Source of the DNA: Octopus sinensis
Taxonomy: Eukaryota
NCBI RefSeq assembly: GCF_006345805.1
Contig: NC_043014.1
Coordinates: 13,826,001-13,890,000 of the forward strand
DNA length: 64,000 nucleotides
Reading direction: 5' to 3'
Shown here: in pieces, positions 38,044-50,769 of the stretch
Numbering within the stretch: position 1 is the first letter of the stretch
Layout: every line of letters begins with the position of its first letter
Program-made: the position numbers and the translations under genes
Notes under the pieces: generated by a model
Database searches by the model: none
What the model was told of the DNA's origin: nothing
Seen by the model: the letters and a program-made list of their open reading frames with translations, nothing else

Positions 38044-40758
38044 AATAATTCTTTCTATATTTGTTTTGTTTTTTTAACACAGGGCCAGCAATTTTGAGAG
38101 GAGAGGAAAATCAAATACATCAACACCAATACTCAACTGCTACCTGTTTTATTGATCCCAAAAGGATGAGAAGGTGTGTGTGTGTGTGTGTGCGTGTGTG
38201 TGTGTGTGTGCGCGTGTGTGTGCGTGTGTGTGTGTTAGTGTCTCCTTGCCTTGGAGTGTCACTGTCATGCAAGATGTGTCCTTCATTTCTAATCTTCCAT
38301 GAAAAACATGTGAGGGTTTTTGACAGGAAAAGCATCTGGTTGTAGAAAATCTGCCTCAACAAATTCTGACCAACCAATGCAAGCATGGAAAAGTGGACAT
38401 TAAATGATGATGATGAATAAAACAAAGAAGAAAAAAGCTATTAGTGAAAAATTACTCCATTTCACTGAGAAGCATATTTGTCTATTGAGTAGCATTCAAT
38501 ATGTGTGTCCCTTGGTTAATACTGTGAGAAAACTCAGCATTTATATCGTAGACTAACAGAGTGTTCACCAATCACATAATGCTTCAGTTATTGTGGTTGT
38601 TTAGCCTAAGATTAACTATGATTAAACAAACTTATGATCAAATGCATTCCAGCTGTGACCATCCCATCATTTTTTTCTTCACAGACAATGCCTCTAGGAC
38701 TGCATTATCTAATATGTCTGCCTAGGCATGGCTGTGTGGTTAAGAAGCTCGCTTTGCAACCACATGGTTTCAGGTTCAGTCCCACTACTAGGCACCTTAA
38801 GCAAGTGTTTACTGTCATAGCCCCAGACCAACCAATACCTTGTGATTGAATTTAGTAGACAAACGGAAACTGAGTGGAAGCCCACTATGTGTGTGTGTGT
38901 GTGTGAATGTTTATGTGTGTGTGTCTATGTGTATGTTTGTGTGTCTTTGTGTTTATGTGTATGTGTGTATATATGTGTGTGCATGCGCTTCTCTATATAT
39001 GCATGTGTGTATGTAGGTGTGTGTGTGTGTGATCTGTATTTGCTCCCTTCACACTTTTTGGTTTGTTTATGTTCCTAAAACTTAGCGATTGATTGAAAGA
39101 GACTAATAGAGTAAGTACAAGACTTCAAAAAAAAAACGTAAGTACTGGAGTCAATGTTTTTGTTTGACAAAAAACCTTCAAGGCAGTGCCCCAGCATGGC
39201 CACTGACTGAAACAAGTAAAATATAAAAGACAGTAGTAAAGTGTCTTTCAAAAGAGAGTTCTGGGTCTAAATATAGGCTCTGTGATACTTTTGCTAGCTG
39301 TGTTAGGAGTCATTTTAGTCATATCCACAGAATAGCCTGAAATTTTGGGAGAGGGGGGCTAATCAATTCCATCAACCCCAGTGCGTAACTGGTACTTATT
39401 TTATCCACCTCAAAAGGATGAAAGGCAAAGTCAACCTTGGCAGAATTTGAACTCAGAATGTAAAGAGGGATGAAATGCTGCAAAACATTTTGCCTGGCAT
39501 GCTAACAGTTCTGCCAGCTCAGCAAACCTCTCCTGCCTCGGGAGATAATTCAATTAACTGTTTAAAAAAGGCTAAAGGAGTAAATCTCTACAGAAAATAT
39601 TGTGGGATGGTCCCTAAAGCAAATATGTACAGTCATACTTAACCAATATATAGTGACCCCTGCGTGTATGTGTGTATATATGTGTATGTGCATGCACTTC
39701 TCTACATGTGCATGTGTGTATGTAGTGTGTGTGTGTGATCTGTATTTGCTCCCTTCACTGGAAACATATGCTGCAAACATATTGACTTGTCTTTCTCCTG
39801 GGGTGTATCCATGAACAGAGAGGTGGTAAGTATACTTGGGACTAGGAATTTGCTTCTGGAAACAGTCCAGGCACAGCTGAAGCGGTTAAGCTACTGTCTC
39901 TGAAACACCATCGACCAATAATGCAAAAGGCCAACAATATTTGCCAAGGATCCATCAAGGTTGACTTTGCTTTTCATCCTTTCGGGATCAATAAAATAAG
40001 TACCAGTTGAGTACTGGGGGCCAATGTAATCAACTTAAATTGAAATTGTTTGCCAAAATATGAAACTAATATTTGCCAAGGATAAAACACAATAGCAGAG
40101 GCAGAGTATACATCATTGGCAGGTTTGCTGACAAAACTTACATAACAATACTCAACTACAGAGAAACACAATATGGTTTAATAAAACGAAGTTAAAAAGA
40201 CTGTTTGAAGTCTGAATTTATCCTCAAGTAATAAGTTACTCTATTCATATTTTTTCTCTCCATGTTTTTAAAATTTTTAACCAGATTTCTCTCTTTTCCA
40301 ATGATCAATAGTTATTACAAATACTTTGTTATGAGCCAATTCTAAAGACAGCAGCTGTTTAAAAGAATGTTTTTATGTTAAATTGTTTCTGTATATTTTG
40401 TGTGAGGCTTTGATCAAAGATATATTTGATGAAGGGTGGGATGGGCCCTGAACAAGAAATTAAAGAAGACAGCTGGTATGTAACAATTCTACAGCATTGG
40501 ATTACCTAACTGATGTAAAAATACATTCAACCACCTTCCTTCAAGGTTGTGTGGTGAAGAAGCTCATGTATACATACATATCTTTTACTTGTTTCAGTCA
40601 TTAGATTGTGGCCATGCTGGGGCACCACTCTGAAGAATTGATCTCAGTACTTATTTTTTAAAGCCTAGTACTTAGTGTATCTGTGCGTTTTGCTGAACTG
40701 CTATGTTACGGGGACATAAGCACACCAACAGCTGTTGTCAAGAAATGGTGGGGGACAA

Positions 40759-40989
40759 AGGTGGTGAGCTGGCAGAAATGTTAGCACGCCAGGCGAAATA
40801 CTTAGCGGTATTTCTTTTGGAGTTATGTTCTGAGTTTAAATTCCGCCAAGATCAACTTTGCCTTTCATCCTTTCAGGGTCGATAAATTAAGTACCAGTCA
40901 CACAATGGGGTCGATATAATCGACTTAATCCGTTTATCTGTCCTTGTTTGTCTGCTCTATGTTTAGCCCCTTGTAGGCAATAAAGGAAT
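40759..40989 (+). mobile_element. SINE family B with 15-bp TSD, inside an older SINE A
   Basis: TSD AATGGTGGGGGACAA at 40744-40758 and 40990-41004. Confidence 0.85.
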
Positions 40990-41018
40990 AATGGTGGGGG
41001 ACAAACACAAACACACAC

Positions 41019-41066
<48 letters not shown>

Positions 41067-41082
41067 CATATACATACATATA

Positions 41083-42387
41083 CGAGGGGAAGTCAAAAAT
41101 TATCTGCACTTTCACCATGACGTATTTTTATTATTGTCACACTGCCTTCTGCACATGTGTGCTTATAGTTGTTACTATTGTTGTCACGTGATTAAAGTTT
41201 GAGCCTGATTGTGCCATTTTCTTTCTGGTTTTACAGTGTAAGCATAGCAGCTCCACTAGCAATGTGCACCAGAGAACAGCAAAGGTCAGTGATCCAATTT
41301 CTCTGGTTAGAAGTTGTGTCAGGTACAGAAATTCATCAGAGGCTTTTAGCACAGTATGAGGACAGTTCACTACTGCACAGAAGTGTGTATGAGTGGATAG
41401 AGAAGTTTAAAAGTGACCAGACAAATGTGGCACACAAAGAGGGAGCAGGATGCCCATCAACCTCCACCACTGACGAGAAGATTCAGCAAGTTTGAGAGAT
41501 GCTAATGGTGAACTGGGGAGTTATTATTGATGAAGGAGCTCATTCTCTGCAGACTAGTCATGGTTCTGCCTATCAAATCACCCACAATGAGCTTGGCTTC
41601 CATAAAGTCTGTGCAAGATGTTGTTAAGAGAGCTTACTGCAGAGCACAAGCGCAAACATCCAGAGGTCTGCCAACATTGATTGCTACAACAACAAGAGCA
41701 AGGAAGTTTTGAGCAGAATAGTCACAGGAGATGAAACATGGGTCCATCATTATGAGGCAGAATCCAAAAGCCAGAGTATGGAGTGGAAACATCCTGGCTC
41801 ACCAGTGACAAAGTAATTCAAGACTCACTCTTCCGCAGAAAAGTTGATGCTAACCCTTTTTTGGGATTCAAAAGGGCCTATACTGGAAGACTGCCTGGAA
41901 AAGGGGTGTATGATCAACAGTGCAAGATACAGTGCTTTGCTGGTCAACAAACTGAAGCCAACAATTTGCACCAAACACTGAAGCCTATTGTCAAAGAATG
42001 TTTTGTTGTTGTATGACAATGCATGCCCACACACAGCTGCCAAGATCGTTGAAATCATTAACCAATTGGGTTTTGCAGTGCTAGAACACCCTGCCTACAG
42101 CCCAAATCTTGATCCTTCTGACTATCATATCTTTGGACCGCTCAGAGGTGGTTTAAAAGGTTGTCAATTTCCTATGGATGAAGATGTGAAGGAAGCGGTG
42201 CATAAATGGTTGCACAAACAACTGAAAACTTTCTTCTGGGAGGGAATATGCAAGCTTGTGAACCGCTGGGCAAAGTACATTGAAAAGGAAGGAGACTATA
42301 TAGAGAAATGATGTACTTGTTTATCCCCTGCTTTTGTGTAAATACATTGGGAAAACAAGAGTGCATATAATTTTTGACTCTCCCTTG
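41083..42387 (+). mobile_element. Full-length mariner DNA transposon (non-functional)
   Basis: 27-bp TIRs (23/27 matching) CGAGGGGAAGTCAAAAATTATCTGCAC / GTGCATATAATTTTTGACTCTCCCTTG, TA on both sides, 1305 bp. Confidence 0.95.
41262..42311 (+). pseudogene. Mariner transposase pseudogene (DD34D)
   Basis: MCTREQQRSVIQFL HTH, IVTGDETWVHHY, DNACPH-(34 aa)-YSPNLDPSDYHIF; in-frame stop at 41493 and frameshifts. Confidence 0.95.
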
Positions 42388-42399
42388 TATATATACATA

Positions 42400-43805
42400 C
42401 ATACACATGTGAACACACAGGTGCAAAACAAGGTGGAGAAAATAGTACTCAAAGACCAAAAGTAGAGTAAAATAGTATTATATTGATGCAGAAAAGATTT
42501 GACAAACTCTTATTCAAACCTCCATATAGACTATCATCAGACACACGTATGTATTTAGAACACTGCAATAGTTTATAGGTATTCATGATTACCAACTCAT
42601 CAAATAAACATTTGGAGCTGATTGGGCATTTAATTACTTTTCAGAATAACAGAAATCTATTGGATAAAAGCGATGGACTATAATGGGAAAATATATAAAC
42701 ATTAGGGTGAGTGAAATACAAATTGAAAATTGGATAATGGAAGGAAATTTGTAGGAATGGGTATAAAAAAAAGTACACAGAATAAGAAAGACCTTATCAG
42801 AAATAAGATACGAGATAGAGCAATTAATTAAAATAGAATTTAAATGGAAATATAAATTGAAAGATTAAAATTGAAATAAGGGCAAATGAGTATCAGAAAA
42901 AAAAAATGAAATATAAAAAGTAAGTAAATTAAAAGTAAGTTTACAAACTGGGACAGGAAAAAAGCAGCTTTGGGAGGAAATAGAAGAGAGAGGGTAAGGT
43001 TAAAGAGAAAGAGCGAGAGAAGGAGGAGGGAGAAAAAAAGAGATTGAGGCTAAGAGATACATATCTGTGTGTATATGTGTGATGTGGTGTCAGTTTAGCA
43101 TTTTGAAACTTCGGTTAAGGGAGGAGTGGAAGCAAATTAGAAAGGGTATGATAGAAAGAGAAATTAGATAGATAGAAAGAACAAAGGTAAAGGGTAGATT
43201 CTGTACTAGCGGAGGGGAATTAACATGTACATTAATGAAACACAGGTGACAAATATAAGGGAAATTTTGTTTAGAAATGGTAAGACTTGACAAACTTTTA
43301 CTCAGACCTCCATATAAGCTATCATTAGACACACATGTGTATTTAGAACACTGCAATGGTTTATGCGTATTCATAATAACCAACTCATCAAATAAACATT
43401 TGAAGCTGATTGGGCAATTAATTACTTTTCAGAATAACAGGAATCTATTGGATAAAAGCGATGGATCATAATGGGAAAATATATAAACAAATGCCAGTGA
43501 AATAAAACTGAAAATTAGATAATAGAAATTTGTAGGAATGAGTTTAAAAATGTACACAGCATAAGAAAGACCTTACCAGAAATAAGATATGAGATAGAGC
43601 AATTAATTGAAATAGAATTTAAATGGAAATAAGAATTAAAGATTAAAATAAAAATAATGGCAAATGAGTATCACACAAATGGAGAATAATGATAGAGCTT
43701 ATATAGTGTGAATGACCAAATGATCACTAGCAGACAAAGGATAAAATCGGGAGCATGTGAGCTTACCACTCATGCATTAGAGTAGGTTTGAAGTTCTATT
43801 CAAAG
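42400..43805 (-). mobile_element. Probable Penelope-like element with partially tandem terminal repeats
   Basis: Direct repeats 42499-42894 and 43287-43673; the left end is homologous to the reverse complement of 1360-1460. Confidence 0.45.
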
Positions 43806-43940
43806 AGATATTATGACACATGAAATAGAATACAGGATATGTGGATATAAATTGTCATGATCTAAAGGTATATAAAAAAATGAAAAATATACAACTACAG
43901 TTATATTAAAATATAAAGTAATAAAATATAGAAATATAAA

Positions 43941-44171
43941 GGCGGCGAGCTGGCAGAAATGTTAGCACGCTGGACAAAATGCCTAGCTGTATTTCATCTG
44001 TCTTTACGTTCTGGGTTCAAATTCCGCCAAGGTTGACTTTGCCTTTCATCCTTTCAGAGTCGATGAATTAAGTACCAGTTATGCACTGGGGTTGATGTAA
44101 TCGACTTAATTCCTCTGTCTGTCTTTGTTTGTCCCCTCTATGTTTAGTCCCTTGTGGGCAATAAAGAAATA
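43941..44171 (+). mobile_element. SINE family B with 11-bp TSD
   Basis: TSD AGAAATATAAA at 43930-43940 and 44172-44182. Confidence 0.9.
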
Positions 44172-44896
44172 AGAAATATAAACATCATCATCATCATTTA
44201 GCATTCTCTTTCCGTGCTGGCATGGGTTGGATGGTCTGAGATGGAGCTGGCTAGCAGGGAACTGTCCAGACTCCAGCTGTCTGTAGTGGTTTCTATGCCC
44301 TTCCTGATGCCAACTACTAGCAGGGAACTGTCCAGACTTCAACTGTCTGTTGTGGCATGGTTTCTATGGCTGGATGCCCTTCTTAATGCCAACCACTTAA
44401 CAAAGTATGCTCAGTGCTTTTTATGTGCCACTGGCATAGAAAAATATTAACAATTTTAGAAAATGTAAAAAAATATCAGAAAAAAAAAACCAAGTTGCAG
44501 TATGAAAGGAGTAGCACTTTTGTGTGGGATTGAAAATATGTATACACGGGGAACAATGATAGAGCATATATATAGTATGAATGATCAAATAATCACTAGC
44601 AGACAAAGGATCAAATCAGGAGTGTATGAGCTTACCTCTCACACATTAGAATAGGTTTGAAATTCTATTCAAATCTGTTGTCCAAAAAAACAATAGGAAC
44701 TAGAAGTTAGAAAAAATGACTAGGAGACAAAAGTGCCTCAGACCAAAATATATGTTGCCAGAGGAGAAAATTAACAACACAGTAGAGGAGAGATTTCTCA
44801 CAGAGGATGAGGCAAGAATGATAAACTGGTCCCCATTTAATCTACCTTGTCATAGGCTAATAAAAATATAAGGACAATATAAAAAATATATAAATA

Positions 44897-45768
44897 TAAC
44901 GGTGTAGCGCATCAACAGATGGCAGCTTATGGTTGTATGTACAGTGAGAGCTAGCAGTGACTTTCATGAGCCAATGTGCCAAGTGACATCACTGTATTTA
45001 CTTCACAAGTTGTGAAATTTGTGTTTTGTGATCACATGTATGCTGGACAGGAACAAAGAACCAACTTGAAATTTTGTGTTAAACTTCGGAAGTTTGCTAC
45101 AGAAACATTGAGCATGCTTTGGAAAGCTTATGGGGACCAGGAAATGGGTCGTACACAGTGTTTTGAGTGGCATGGACACTTCAAAAGCAGAACATCCTTG
45201 GAAGATGATGAGCAATCTGGAAGACCTGTCATGAGCGTCACCCTTGGAAATGTGGTATCATGCATTGAGAATTCATCCCCCAGGGCCAGACTGTCAACTG
45301 AGAGTTCAACTATGATGTTTTGAAGTGTTTTTGAGAAGACATTTAGCAAAAGCAACTGGATCTGTGAAGCACAAAGAATTAGATTCTGCACAACAACAAT
45401 GCACCCTGTCACTGAGCTTTCCTCAATTGTGAGTTTCTTGCCAAAAACAACATAATATCGCTTCTGCATCCACTGTATTCACCAGATTTAGCAGCTGCAG
45501 ACTTTCATTTTTGACTCAAGATAAAAATGCAGGTCAAAGGTCACCATTGTAACACTGTTGTCAAGATCCAGAGCGAATCACAGAAGGTCCTCCACTAACT
45601 TAAGGGAAACAACTTCCAGGCTGGATTCCAAAAGTTGCAAGAATGCTGGGACTAGTGTATTGTCGTGCAAGGTGACTGTTTTGAAGGAGACAATGTTAAA
45701 AACTTAGGTAAATAAGTGATTTTTTGAATTAAACACAACTAGTCTGGGAACCTTTTTATACCACCTCA
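44897..45768 (+). pseudogene. Second mariner, internally deleted, left TIR lost
   Basis: EQRTNLKFCVKL...LEDDEQSGRP joined at ~45256 to HEFIPQGQTVN-like...LHNNNAPCH...LYSPDLAAADF; right end ...TTATACCACCTCA-TA. Confidence 0.85.
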
Positions 45769-46487
45769 TACTAATCCAAATGGATCACCAAAGCATGAAA
45801 TCAATCCTGGACCTGATCAATCTACCAGACAGCATATACAACTGTATGTAAGAGTAGAAGACCATAATTTCACTTGTGTGGTGACAAAAACCACTTCATG
45901 ACTTTCTACTCACAGCAAAAGAGGAGAGAAACAAGACCCCATTTCTGTTGACACAATCACTTCACAAACACACACACACACACACATAAACCAAAATTTA
46001 AGCTTAACTGTCTCAAGGGAAGAAAGGTAGCATTCGTTACTATTTTCAGTGCTTTTGAGAAGGGTAAACCAGCCTGAACATTATTTATAGCAAGTAATTA
46101 ATTAATTATTGTGAGGGTATTTAAGTGTGATTTGTGAATGTTGGAGGCTTGTATGAACATATGAAATGTCAGATTTAATTTTAAAAACGAGAAAAACCAA
46201 GCGTTCTACTAAAAAAAAACACCACAAACATGAAAAATGAATTAAAAATAATTTAAAAAGAAAATTGATATTTTTTTCAGTTACAGAGTCAAGTTAAGAA
46301 GTTTGGTGCCAAGCCATTTAGCTCTAAACTCCTGGCTTCTGTTGACTATAAACGTTTAGTCCCAGGTTAGATCATGATTGAGCACATTTATAACTGTCAT
46401 TTTTTTGTTTGTCTTCAAATGTATTATAACTAAGACTACATTACCCAATGCATAATCTTGAAAAAAAATTTTTTAAATGGCTATGTA

Positions 46488-46566
46488 TTGGGTTGTCCGG
46501 AAAGTTCATGTCGATTTTTAAAGGAAAGAAAAAGGTCGATAAATACTTGCCATTACATTTTTAATC
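46488..46566. mobile_element. Mariner-like terminal fragment
   Basis: TA-TTGGGTTGTCCGGAAAGTTC terminus. Confidence 0.45.
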
Positions 46567-47239
46567 AAGTTCTCTGGCTTGCCAATTCCTGTTGAACCAT
46601 CCAACCCATGCCAGCATTGGAAGACAGACATTAAATGATGATGATGAGGATGACAATGATGATGACTTTCAAGATTTGACTGCTTGTTCTAGCAGTTTGA
46701 ACTAACATGCAGAAGAACCCCTCTCGGCTTCACAAACCTGTCATTTGTTGAACCCTAGCCAAAGGTATTTAAAAGTATTTAATACCTTTGGTTATGAATG
46801 AACTACTGTATACATTCCCTATTTAAGACAGTAGGTTGTCATTTTGAAGGAAATTTGGCTGCTTTTGTAGCACTTCATGAGAACACATAGGGGATCTTTT
46901 ATTGGTTCCATTGCAGATGTAGTGTATGCTACAACACATTAGGGTTTCAGAAAAATATTTAGTGGCCCTTCAGTAACAAATTCAGTTTCCTTTGCATCAG
47001 TATTTTTATTACTTGTTATTCAACAAGGCAGAAGAATATTGTTCATGGAATAGGAATGCACAACATATTTCAATTGTTCTAGAACAATTCCTACACCCAT
47101 ACACACCCACACAGACACATAAACATTCATACATGCTCATATATTACACTGATATCACAGCAATAAATTATTTTATTCCAAAAATGACAGTTTAGCTTTG
47201 AATGCACATATATCAGTTTTTGAAAGCATGTCTAAAAAG

Positions 47240-47630
47240 TGTGTGTGATTGTATATTTATGCATAGGTATATACATATGTATATGCGTGTGTATACACAT
47301 ACTTATATGTATATATAGATATTTACAGGTGTATGTATGCATCATATATATATATATCCATACATTCATATAAACATATATATATACATACATATATATA
47401 TATACACATACATATGTATATACATGCACATGTACACATATATATATATGTGTATATGCATCAATACATATACATGCCTATATACAAATGTGTATATGTG
47501 TATACATGTATATATACACATGCACACTCATATGTACACCATGTGTATGTGTGTATCTATCTATCTATATATGTGTGTGTGTGCATACACAGGCATACTA
47601 CATGTATGCCTATGAATGCATATGTACACA
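47240..47630. repeat. TA/CA/TG microsatellite tract
   Basis: Read directly from the sequence. Confidence 0.9.
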
Positions 47631-47702
47631 CATTCATATCCAACAAACATGGTAAATTTTCTAAATAACAATCTGCAAGGGATATGCTGAACAGCAAAAC
47701 GG

Positions 47703-48283
47703 CAAACAATAACATATCCATTCTTTCTCAATATGTTGTGGCATATTTCAACATGCATATCTGATCAGTCTTGTATTTCACCATTGGAGAACATCCCTCC
47801 CTTTATACTGTGTATCTTCATAACACAAGCGATTCAATGGCGTAAGAGGTCTTTGAGAGATGCCACAGTGTTTCGACTTAATGGTGTGCTTCCTCAGTTA
47901 AAGCTATTCCCACCAATGAAGTAAAACAGCAGCAATCAGATATTTACTTTCATATCTTCCAGAACATATTGAGAACGAATAGACATATTATTGTTTGAAT
48001 TCTCATTGTTCTGTATTCGTCTCCTGAATTATCTGCTTGGCAGACATCAGCATGCATCAACAAATAATTTGGCTGCTGATAATATAATTTCTATAAGCAA
48101 GAGACTGAGGAGACACACAAAAGGGTCAAAACATTACGGTATCTCAAAGTCCCCATTACACCTGTGAATCATGTATATTATGAATGCACAGCATTAAAAA
48201 GAGAGATGATAAAAACACAACAGCAATCAGATATTTATGTTCAAATCTGCCACAACATATTGAAAGTGGATGCGTTAATGTTT
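47703..48283. mobile_element. Compound inverted-repeat (MITE/foldback-like) element
   Basis: A ~65-bp motif at 47703 with inverted copies at ~47930-47997 and ~48221-48283. Confidence 0.55.
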
Positions 48284-48574
48284 CTAAATAATCCTATCCT
48301 TTCAGTTACTTGACATAATGTGACTGAATTTTGTTTTCAAATCTAATAATACACTCAGAGTTCAATTGTAGTATGTCTAGCAATAGCATAAAGTGTCTAT
48401 GATTATACTGAAGCCCCGTTAAGCTATTCAGTATGCGGTGAACAACCTGTGACAACAAACCACCATATGTCACACATACAGAGACAAAGAGAGACTCAAA
48501 CACACAACTATTTTACCCTTTCTTCTAAAATTTAATATTTATGCAATAATCACTATTACAATAGCCTTAGCTAA

Positions 48575-48802
48575 CCCTTTTGATACCAAACCACCCGAGC
48601 CCCACCCCACCCACACAATTCTATTATATAAATTTCTTGCTTAAGAGTGATTTAATTTTAAACCTCCCAGCAAAATCTCATGCTAATTTATGGTCTAAAC
48701 ATCAGCTTAATAATAAGACTAAGTTATTTAACCAAATTTTCGTTATCAAAATTAACTGAAACAGAATCAGTGTGTTTCAACAGGATTATGATAACAAAAG
48801 GG
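48575..48802. mobile_element. piggyBac-type MITE
   Basis: (C)TAA-CCCTTTTGATACC...GATAACAAAAGGG-TTAA. Confidence 0.7.
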
Positions 48803-50040
48803 TTAAAGTTATAGTGTATACCCAGCAATCACCAAATCTAATTCAAGGCATTCATAATCTCTTTCCCAATGACCTTTGTATTTCTCCCATCATTCACAGA
48901 AATGCACCCCTTTAATCATTCATTTAACAAAACCACAAAAGCATCATTAATGAACTATCCTTACTCAGTGATCACCATTCATCAGTTTAGGAGAGCTGAA
49001 AGAGCCATAAATTCAAATACTTCCTTAAAGAACAACAATAATGCTGTATTCCGGGATGATGATGCCAATTTCTTTTAAGTCAACACAAAGCCATTTCTTG
49101 AAAGAGAGGAATTTAATCTATTGAGGTGATTTCATTGATTCCTGAGGGGGAAACAATGCAAAGTGAACCGCAGTGTATCAGAATATAGAGGAACAAAGCA
49201 ACTGAAGTATTTAATTTTGTGCTCTAGCCTTATAACGCAGAGCAATGTACTGTACCTCTACATGATTCCAACTGAATGCTTAAGGATAACTCTATTATGC
49301 AGTTTAAGTACTTATGACAGCAGGAAGACAATCCTAATAACATAGCCAGCTGTTGTTCTCTATTTAGTGTTGAAAGGCTTTCTTAGACTTGACAGGATTA
49401 AAAGTACAGCTCTAAAGTCAACAGACAACTTTGCAATTATGTAACCTGGACTGCTGTTGTATTGTTAGAGTGTAGCGTATATAATAAAGACCATTCTATT
49501 GTAGTATGTTGGATTATGTGAAACTTTATAGTGAGTCTGTTTACTAGCTATGGACATCTTCAATGTATTAATATCGTATGAATATCACCATTGATTTTGC
49601 TATTATAATTAATAAATAAATACTGTACTCACTACTGAAATATTGTAATGCTAAGTAAAAATATAACACATTACCTAAAAAGATAGACATCTCTCCAACA
49701 TTATGAATTGAAATGCTAAATGGAATAACATAAAACACAAACATTACAGGAATACATAAGACACCTGCCATAACAAGCTAGCAGAGATGCATCTAGAAAT
49801 AATAGCTAAATGTCCCTCAAATTACACTCTACTGCAGGGGTCAGAGAACTTTTTTAACCAATTACCCTAAAATACATTTATTTATACCGACATTACCCCC
49901 TTGAGTTGAATGGAAGAAAATCATAGATAACTGGGAACATGTTTTTCATATAATTATATTTATGTCTAATTATCTCCAAGAATTTCATTTTTACCCCACT
50001 TGGGTCTTATAAAGGGAAGAACACATTGGATAATGTAGCT

Positions 50041-50272
50041 CTTATTTCTTTTTTCTTTATTGCCCACAAGGGGCTAAACATAGAGGGGACAAACAAGGAA
50101 AGACAAAGTCGACTACATCGACTCCAGTGCGTAACTGGTAATTATTTAATCGACCCTGAAAGGATGAAAAGCAAAGTCGACCTCGGCGGAATTTGAACTC
50201 AGAATGTAGTGGCAGACGAAATACCGCTAAGCATTTCGCCTGGCCTGCTAAAGTTTCTGCCAGCTTGCCGCC
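50041..50272 (-). mobile_element. SINE family B
   Basis: Consensus match; flanks share ATAATGTAG(C/T)TC. Confidence 0.85.
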
Positions 50273-50769
50273 CTCATAATGTAGTTCAAGCTAGTTCTAG
50301 ATATCCCTAAGGGTGGTCACAGTTAGAATGCCTCTCATCGTATGTCTGTTCAGTTAGGATTGACCTGCAGTTAAACAACAACACCTACTATTAATCATCA
50401 TCATCGACTGTAAATATAAATATAATATAGACAAAAACAGGCAATCCAGACCAGATACTTGTAATGGTAAAGAAAATATAAGCTATACTATGAAAACATT
50501 TTCCAGCATCACTTGTTTCCTCATCATTTATTTATTTTTATTCTTAATTATTATTTTTTTTTTTTTTGCTATATCACTATGGTGCTTAGATTCCAAGCAC
50601 TACGGTGATAGCAGGATAATTATGGTGAAGAGATTTACGGTAAAAGATTATAATTATATATAAGACTATAATCATATGATCATAATCACACCATGTAACA
50701 ATCAGCCAGAAATGCACAAATCAGGTAGACTTCAAAATCATCATGAAATGGACAGACTAAATAGCTGTG

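Noticed and set aside
39780-39835. Donor-like GTG|GTAAGT
   Set aside because: No matching acceptor or informative reading frame upstream.
43277-43471. 64-aa ORF duplicated at 42.5 kb, suggesting duplicated exons
   Set aside because: The other copy has an in-frame stop, I see no codon-level constraint, and it lies within a repeat terminus.
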